Shown: piece after piece, positions 58,376 to 64,000 of the stretch | Layout of the letters: each line of letters opens with the position of its first letter | How positions within the stretch are numbered: the first letter of the stretch is position 1 | Assembly (NCBI GenBank): GCA_963664115.2 | Contig: CAXWPJ010000006.1 | Span: forward strand, 96,001 to 160,000 | Length of the DNA stretch: 64,000 nucleotides | Direction: 5' to 3' | DNA from: Terriglobia bacterium | GTDB taxonomy: Bacteria; Acidobacteriota; Terriglobia; 20CM-2-55-15 | Translations under genes and position numbers: made by a program | Notes under the pieces: generated by a model | The model's database searches: none | Seen by the model: the letters and a program-made list of their open reading frames with translations, nothing else | Told to the model about the DNA's origin: nothing

Positions 58376-59215
58376 TCATCGCCGGCGGACGTCGGAGGCC
58401 AGCCCCAGGCTCTCCAGCAAACGGACCGTATACCAACCGCAATCAATTTGCCACAAGTGTCGGCCAAACGATGCTGAGCTTGGAGAGGCGTGGTGGTTTT
58501 CGTGCCAGTTTTCGCCCCACGCTGTCAGCTGCAGCGGCCCCAGCCACCATATGTTCCGTGCCGATTCCTCTCCGATGGGTATGTCCTTTTTCATGTGAAG
58601 GATGCTGTTGACGGCTGCCTGCAGGTGCAGGGCATAGGCGAGCCGAATCCCGCCGAGCCAGAACAGTCCGGGCCAGCCAAAGAGAAACCATCCGCAGGTC
58701 AACGATGTGGCTATCAGGGGGATGTGGATGTGTTGCCAGAAGCGATAGCGCGGGGCCAACAGGTCTGGACACCATCGGCTGAGACTGCATTGCGGTATCT
58801 GGTAGAGACATCGCAAATGGGCCCACCAGAATCCACCGTAGCGGGGGCTGGATACATCGTCCACTGTATCTGAGTGCGCGTGGTGATATCGGTGATTGGC
58901 GACCCAAGTACCGGGGACACCGGAACCGTTGAATACTGCGAAGAAAATGAGTAATTGTTCCGCAAACGGGTTCAGCCGCAAGGCGCGATGAGACAACGCG
59001 CGGTGATAGGCGACGGTGGTTCCCAATCCTCCTAGACCGGTCATCGCGAGCGCTGTCAGGAAGACGGGCCACCCGGGAAGAGGAAACAGGACGAGTCCTA
59101 CTCCAGCTAAGGCATGAATCAATATGAGATAGATGAAAACTGCAACGTCACCGTTGTTGGTTTGATACCACGGCTGGGTCCAGGGATGTGGGCGAACCTG
59201 CCCTGTATTTTGCAT
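58376..59215 (-). CDS. Fatty acid (acyl-CoA, delta9-like) desaturase
   Basis: His boxes HRALSH, HRYHH, HENHH. Confidence 0.93.
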   Translation of the reverse strand: MQNTGQVRPHPWTQPWYQTNNGDVAVFIYLILIHALAGVGLVLFPLPGWPVFLTALAMTGLGGLGTTVAYHRALSHRALRLNPFAEQLLIFFAVFNGSGVPGTWVANHRYHHAHSDTVDDVSSPRYGGFWWAHLRCLYQIPQCSLSRWCPDLLAPRYRFWQHIHIPLIATSLTCGWFLFGWPGLFWLGGIRLAYALHLQAAVNSILHMKKDIPIGEESARNIWWLGPLQLTAWGENWHENHHASPSSASFGRHLWQIDCGWYTVRLLESLGLASDVRRR

Positions 59216-59393
59216 TCGTATTCCTGCCTTCTATGTGAAGAAAGTTGCTCTTTAAAATGGTGGGTTCAGTGTGTGGCTCGGAGCGACCTCCAGGCTGCAA
59301 TTCAGACCGGAGTAATAGTAACATTGGAATCCGCAATTTGTCGCCGAGACTCACCCTCCCCGGGGGACCGTCTTATTAGAGCGAAGGAGAGAT

Positions 59394-60509
59394 ATGGCTT
59401 TCAAGTACCGTGCCGATCAGGTGGGCAGCTTCCTGCGTCCTCCGCAACTATTGGATGCGCGCGAGGATCCAGGTATTTCCCCTGACGAGCTCAAAGATAT
59501 CGAGGATCAGCACATTCTTCATGTGTTGGCGCGGCAGAAGGACATCGGTCTCGAGATTTTTACCGACGGAGAATTCCGCCGCAGCAGTTTCATGGGCGAC
59601 TTCTATGATTCGGTTGAAGGATTGGACACACGCGGGACCGTCGAACGGAAGTGGAAGCAGAGTGAAGCCGGTGACCCTAAGAGCGGTGCGTCGGCGATTC
59701 CTCTGCTCGGTGTCGTCGTCGAACCCATCAAGCAAACAAAGCGTCTTGCGAAGGACGAATTGGACTTTCTGAAACAGCACAGTCCGGGCGACATTAAGAT
59801 GACGTTGCCGACTGCGAACCAGTTTCCGGCGATCATGTACAAGAAAGGGCTTAGCGAGTCGGCCTATCCCACGTATTCGGATTTCCTGTGGGATATCGTC
59901 CCTATCTTTAGATCCGAGATCGAATCACTGGCGCGTGAGGGCGTGTCCTACATTCAGATCGATGCTCCACGTTATACCTATTACATTGACCCCAAATGGC
60001 GCCGTTACGTCGCCAACGAGATGGGCGTCGATCCGGATCAAGCCCTGGACGAAGCCATTCGGGTCGACAACGCTTGCCTTGAAGGTGCAAAGAAGGCGGG
60101 TGTTACTCTGGCCATCCATCTCTGCCGCGGGAACAACAGAAGCCAATGGTACGCTGAAGGTGGCTACGATCCGATTGCCGAAAAGCTGTTCAACGAACTT
60201 AACGTAGACGTTTTTCTGCTCGAATATGAATCCGAGCGTTCCGGAAACTTTGAACCCCTGCGCTTTGTTCCTGACGACAAGGTCGTCGTTCTGGGTCTTC
60301 TTTCGAGTAAAGTGCCCGACTTGGAGTCGTCCGACTCGATTGTCTCTCGGATAAAAGAAGCGTCTCGATACGTGCCACTCGACAACTTGGCACTCAGTAC
60401 GCAGTGTGGATTTGCGTCGATGAAGGAAGGCAATCTGCTGACCGAAGACGACCAGTGGAAGAAGTTGGAGCGCGTCGTCGATACGGCGCGTCATGTCTGG
60501 AAGGCCTAA
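59394..60509 (+). CDS. Cobalamin-independent methionine synthase II family protein
   Basis: VGSFLRP, TDGEFRR, HLCRGN, LEY, QCGFAS. Confidence 0.93.
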   Translation: MAFKYRADQVGSFLRPPQLLDAREDPGISPDELKDIEDQHILHVLARQKDIGLEIFTDGEFRRSSFMGDFYDSVEGLDTRGTVERKWKQSEAGDPKSGASAIPLLGVVVEPIKQTKRLAKDELDFLKQHSPGDIKMTLPTANQFPAIMYKKGLSESAYPTYSDFLWDIVPIFRSEIESLAREGVSYIQIDAPRYTYYIDPKWRRYVANEMGVDPDQALDEAIRVDNACLEGAKKAGVTLAIHLCRGNNRSQWYAEGGYDPIAEKLFNELNVDVFLLEYESERSGNFEPLRFVPDDKVVVLGLLSSKVPDLESSDSIVSRIKEASRYVPLDNLALSTQCGFASMKEGNLLTEDDQWKKLERVVDTARHVWKA

Positions 60510-60577
60510 TAATAGTGAGGACAGTGTGTCGGCCGGGCCCGGAACCGGGCCGCGGTCTCGAATTCTCCTCGAGGCTC

Positions 60578-61249
60578 TCAGCTCTTGTGAGCTAAAAAGA
60601 TGGTATGGCGGGGCCCGCCTTTTTTCCCCCGGCCGCGAACCTGCTCCACTTCGACCCTGAATCCTGCATAGCGAAGGCGTTGCTCGAACTTTCTATCTTC
60701 CCGGGCGGACCAGACCGCCAGCACCCCGCCACTTTTGAGGGCCGAGTGGGCGGAGGCCAATCCTCCGTCGTCGTAGAGTCGCTTGTTGCCGGATGTGGCA
60801 AATGCGCTTGGGCCGTTGTCCACGTCGAGTAGCACGGCATCGAAGCGGTCGGGAGCTCGGCTGAGCGTGACCGCGACATCGTTCACGTCAACCTGGACCC
60901 GCGTGTCATCGAGCGGGTGGCTGGTCAGTGGGCCGAGCACGCCATGGTTCCATTCCACAACTGCGGGTACGAGTTCTGCGACAACAACCGAAGCGTCGGG
61001 TGGCAGCAGGTCCAGCGTCGCGCGCAGCGTAAAGCTCATTCCGAGGCCTCCGACGAGAACCGACGGTTGCTCCATCGTCCGCGCCCTGCGGCAGGCGAGT
61101 GTGGCCAGGGCCTCCTCTGAGCCGTGCATGCGGCTCGACATGAGACTCTCCCCGCCTGCGAGAATGATGTACTCCCGGTCGCGGCGTGTCAGTTTCAGGT
61201 CTGTACCATCGGGGCTTAGTGATTCTCCGAGCAACTCCAGGTATTTCAT
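60578..61249 (-). CDS. Spermidine synthase-like SAM-dependent methyltransferase
   Basis: LMSSR.HGSE, VGGLG..FTL, LDVDNGP, AVWS. Confidence 0.85.
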   Translation of the reverse strand: MKYLELLGESLSPDGTDLKLTRRDREYIILAGGESLMSSRMHGSEEALATLACRRARTMEQPSVLVGGLGMSFTLRATLDLLPPDASVVVAELVPAVVEWNHGVLGPLTSHPLDDTRVQVDVNDVAVTLSRAPDRFDAVLLDVDNGPSAFATSGNKRLYDDGGLASAHSALKSGGVLAVWSAREDRKFEQRLRYAGFRVEVEQVRGRGKKGGPRHTIFLAHKS

Positions 61250-61310
61250 TGAGTCATTGCCGCAAAGAGGTGGGTCGACGGTCTGTGCAGACGACGCTGT
61301 TCATCATACA

Positions 61311-61352
61311 AAAAGAAAGAGAGCGGGTTTCCTACCGCGCTCTCTTTCTTTT
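61311..61352 (-). terminator. glnA terminator (bidirectional-looking)
   Basis: AAAAGAAAGAGAGCG...CGCTCTCTTTCTTTT. Confidence 0.85.
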
Positions 61353-61372
61353 CTGACCTGCTGAGTAAGCGA

Positions 61373-62782
61373 TCAGCAGCTGTAGGACTGCTGAAACTCG
61401 ATTGGGTGGGTCCATTGTCTCAGCGTAGTGACCTCTTCCATTTTCAAATCGATGTAGGCGTCGATCAGATCGTCGGTCATCACGCCCCCCTGGGTGAGGA
61501 ATTTGCGATCTTTGTCGAGAGCTTCCAGCGCGTCGTCCAGAGACGAACAGACCGTGGGCAGCTTCGCTTCTTCCTTCTCAGTCAGCGCGTACAGATCCTT
61601 GTCCATCGGTTTGCCCGGATCGATCTTGTTCTGAATGCCGTCCAGGCCCGCCATCATCATGGCAACGAAGCAAAAGTAGGGGTTTGCGGTGGAATCCGGG
61701 AACCGGACTTCGACGCGGCGTTGGTTCGGATTGGCAACGAAGGGGATCCGGATAGCAGCCGAGCGATTGAGCGCTGAATAGACCAGGAACGTTGGCGCTT
61801 CGAAGCCCGGCACGAGCCGCTTGTAGCTGTTCGTGCTCGCATTCGTGAAAGCGTTCAAGGCCCGTGCATGTTTAATGACGCCCCCGATGTAGTACAGGGC
61901 GAGCTTGGAAATGCCGCCGACTTCCTTGCCCGCAAACACGTTTTTGCCCTTTTTCACCAGTGACTGGTGGACGTGCATTCCATTCCCGTTGTCGCCAACC
62001 AGCGGTTTCGGCATGAAGGTCGCCGTTTTTCCAGCCTGATGCGCGACGTTGTGAATGACGTACTTCAATATCTGGATCTGGTCCGCCTTATCGACCAGAG
62101 ATCCGGCGGCGACACCGATTTCGCCCTGGCCAGCGGTCGCCACCTCATGATGGTGTACTTCGGATACCAGACCCATGGCGTTCAGCGCCACGCACATGTC
62201 CCCGCGAAGATCGCTTAGCGAGTCGACCGGGGGAACGGGAAAGTACCCCCCCTTTACGCCGGGCCGGTGGGCCAGATTGCCGCCGGGCAGATCATGACCC
62301 GAAACCCATGATGCTTCGTTAGAGTGGATTTCGTAAAACGCTCCCTGCATTTCCGCTCCGTACTTCACGTCGTCGAACACGAAGAATTCATTTTCCGGTC
62401 CGAAAAACGCATTGTCTGCGATCCCGGTTGACTTGAGGTATTTGAGGGCTCGCTTGGCGCAGGTACGCGGGCAGCGCTCGTAGCCCTCTCCAGTCAGCGG
62501 TTCGACGACGTCGCAGCGAATGTTGAGCTGTTTGTGTTTTGCAAAAATGTCAATGACCGACGTCTCTGAATCGGGCATCAGGATCATGTCCGATTCATTA
62601 ATAAACTTCCAGCCGGCAATCGAGGATCCGTCGAACATCTTTCCGCCCGTTAGGAAGGTCTTGTCAACCTCCCCAGCGGGCACCGTGACGTGCTGTTCTT
62701 TACCTTTGGTGTCGGTGAAGCGAAGATCGACGAATACGACGTCTTCCTTTTTTATGAGTTTAAGTACATCAGCGGGTGTCAT
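61373..62782 (-). CDS. glnA: Glutamine synthetase type I (beta)
   Basis: [44 protein letters not shown] adenylylation loop. Confidence 0.97.
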   Translation of the reverse strand: MTPADVLKLIKKEDVVFVDLRFTDTKGKEQHVTVPAGEVDKTFLTGGKMFDGSSIAGWKFINESDMILMPDSETSVIDIFAKHKQLNIRCDVVEPLTGEGYERCPRTCAKRALKYLKSTGIADNAFFGPENEFFVFDDVKYGAEMQGAFYEIHSNEASWVSGHDLPGGNLAHRPGVKGGYFPVPPVDSLSDLRGDMCVALNAMGLVSEVHHHEVATAGQGEIGVAAGSLVDKADQIQILKYVIHNVAHQAGKTATFMPKPLVGDNGNGMHVHQSLVKKGKNVFAGKEVGGISKLALYYIGGVIKHARALNAFTNASTNSYKRLVPGFEAPTFLVYSALNRSAAIRIPFVANPNQRRVEVRFPDSTANPYFCFVAMMMAGLDGIQNKIDPGKPMDKDLYALTEKEEAKLPTVCSSLDDALEALDKDRKFLTQGGVMTDDLIDAYIDLKMEEVTTLRQWTHPIEFQQSYSC

Positions 62783-63269
62783 CGTTGGGTGAAACCTCCA
62801 TATAGAACGAACCGAGTTTGTCTTGGTTTGCTGGCCGGCTGTTTACGGGGACTGGCCCCGCAAGCCGCTTATTCTACATTAGGTTCGAAGTTCTGCACAA
62901 AAGTATTGTGGCAGCGGAATGAGCGATTGGCGGGTATAGCGGTGCCTTGACGGCCTTGAAGAGGCGATCATCGCTCGACTGGCCAATACGCGCCGGCTCG
63001 CCCACATTCCGGTATCCCGGTTATTGAGTATGCCCTGGCGATATTGAAAGAGGTCACCCCAGCGTATCGGCCTGAATCCGAACGTCCTCAACTCGAGGAG
63101 ACGATGTTAAGTTGTCCGCCGCCGATTCTTCTGTAATCCATTGCGGACCAGTGGCCGATTAGACGAGAGAGGACCAGCGATCTGGGCCAGACGAATTTGA
63201 AAGACGACCGGACCGGCTTCGAGTGGCGAAATACAGTCCGTCTGTGTTTCGGAAGGATGAATTAGAGGT

Positions 63270-64000
63270 ATGGCTACGCCTAGAAATAAGGTTCCAATCA
63301 CCCAGGAATCCAATTTCGAGATCCAAGCGTCGCAACCGGCCGGCTTCGGGAAAGTTCCCGGCTTCCGTATCGGCGACATTTTGCTGGACCGGAAACTGAT
63401 CACCGAGGAGCAACTCCGCGACGTGTTGCAACGCCAGAAGTCCTCCGGTAACAGACTCGGGACCTGTCTCCTCCAGATGGGTTTGATCGACGAAGAAACC
63501 CTCGCTCAGACACTGTCCGAACAATACAAAATTCCTTACGTCAACCTGGACCAGGTGGAGCCGGACAAAGAGACGGTTCTCCTAATTCCGAAGAAGCTCG
63601 CCCTACAATGTCAGGCGATACCGCTATCCAGAACCGGCACCTCGCTCCTTGTCGCGATGCTCGATCCATCCAACCTTGCGGCCATTCAGGAGCTGAAGTT
63701 CGCAAGTGGACTTGAAATTCAGGTGTTTGTTGCGCCCGAATCGCAGATTCGTCGCGAGATCCAGAGGTTCTACGATGAGTCGTCCCCGGAGTCCGGTGAT
63801 GAGGAATTGCCCCGGACGGAAGCCGTTGATGGTGAAGTCTATGACCGGCTCCTGCACTCCGATCTGAGCGAGGCGTCAGTAGAGGTCATCGACGAAACTC
63901 CCGAAGCCGTCGACGTATACGCGCTTGAATCCATGTCCGGCGAGGACCGCGTCGTCGATCTGGCGAACCTGATTCTGGTAGACGCCGTGAGGAGGCATGC
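63270..64000 (+). CDS. PilB/GspE-type secretion ATPase N-terminus with MshEN-like motif (3' partial)
   Basis: RIGDILL..KLIT.EQL..VL..Q....RLG.CLL.MGLI; VAMLDP; ends at VVDLANLILVDAVRR. Confidence 0.85.
   Translation, partial: MATPRNKVPITQESNFEIQASQPAGFGKVPGFRIGDILLDRKLITEEQLRDVLQRQKSSGNRLGTCLLQMGLIDEETLAQTLSEQYKIPYVNLDQVEPDKETVLLIPKKLALQCQAIPLSRTGTSLLVAMLDPSNLAAIQELKFASGLEIQVFVAPESQIRREIQRFYDESSPESGDEELPRTEAVDGEVYDRLLHSDLSEASVEVIDETPEAVDVYALESMSGEDRVVDLANLILVDAVRRH

Noticed and set aside
59216-59393. SAM or cobalamin riboswitch upstream of methionine synthase II
   Set aside because: CTTATTAGAG lies directly at the RBS and the remaining conserved elements are missing
62894-62913. NtrC-type site upstream of glnA (TGCACAAAAGTATTGTGGCA)
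   Set aside because: Spacing does not fit TGCAC-N7-GTGCA and no sigma54 -24/-12 motif was found
1-64000. CRISPR array, rRNA, intact tRNA, prophage, and the many long antisense ORFs in the track
   Set aside because: No regularly spaced repeats, RNA-gene structure or phage genes seen; antisense ORFs overlap well-supported genes and are expected in GC-rich DNA

Overview
A 64-kb chromosomal segment of a bacterium, most likely Acidobacteriota. This is inferred from the VWA-domain protein, Oar-type TonB-dependent receptor, eukaryotic-type Ser/Thr kinase and DUF6152-like gene. Most of the window is housekeeping or accessory metabolism and repair: RNase II/R, queD, pepA, mrfAB-like helicase/nuclease, nth, folE, rpiA, serA, MATE, recQ, methionine synthase II, glnA and a partial PilB/GspE. 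There is no CRISPR array, rRNA or intact tRNA. Main points: (1) two tandem 48-aa peptide genes missed by the ORF track (11752-12405, minus strand), each with a strong RBS and its own terminator, carrying an acidic RiPP-type leader ending EELEE(R/K)IAP and a near-identical Trp/Pro/Gly/His core GELVWPFPGGKGKGGGG(G)HGG(R/H), with no maturase in the window; (2) a complete 3,124-bp IS1-family element (21-bp perfect TIRs, 8-bp TSD) carrying a RosmerTA-like toxin/XRE-IrrE pair and a small basic protein, inserted between tctC and tctAB; (3) a small gene bracketed by 27-bp inverted repeats; (4) a mosaic tandem duplication around a GAF/HD-GYP gene with sigma28-type promoters; (5) a tRNA-Val 3' remnant, an IS200/IS605-like end remnant, and two genes that apparently lack canonical start codons.
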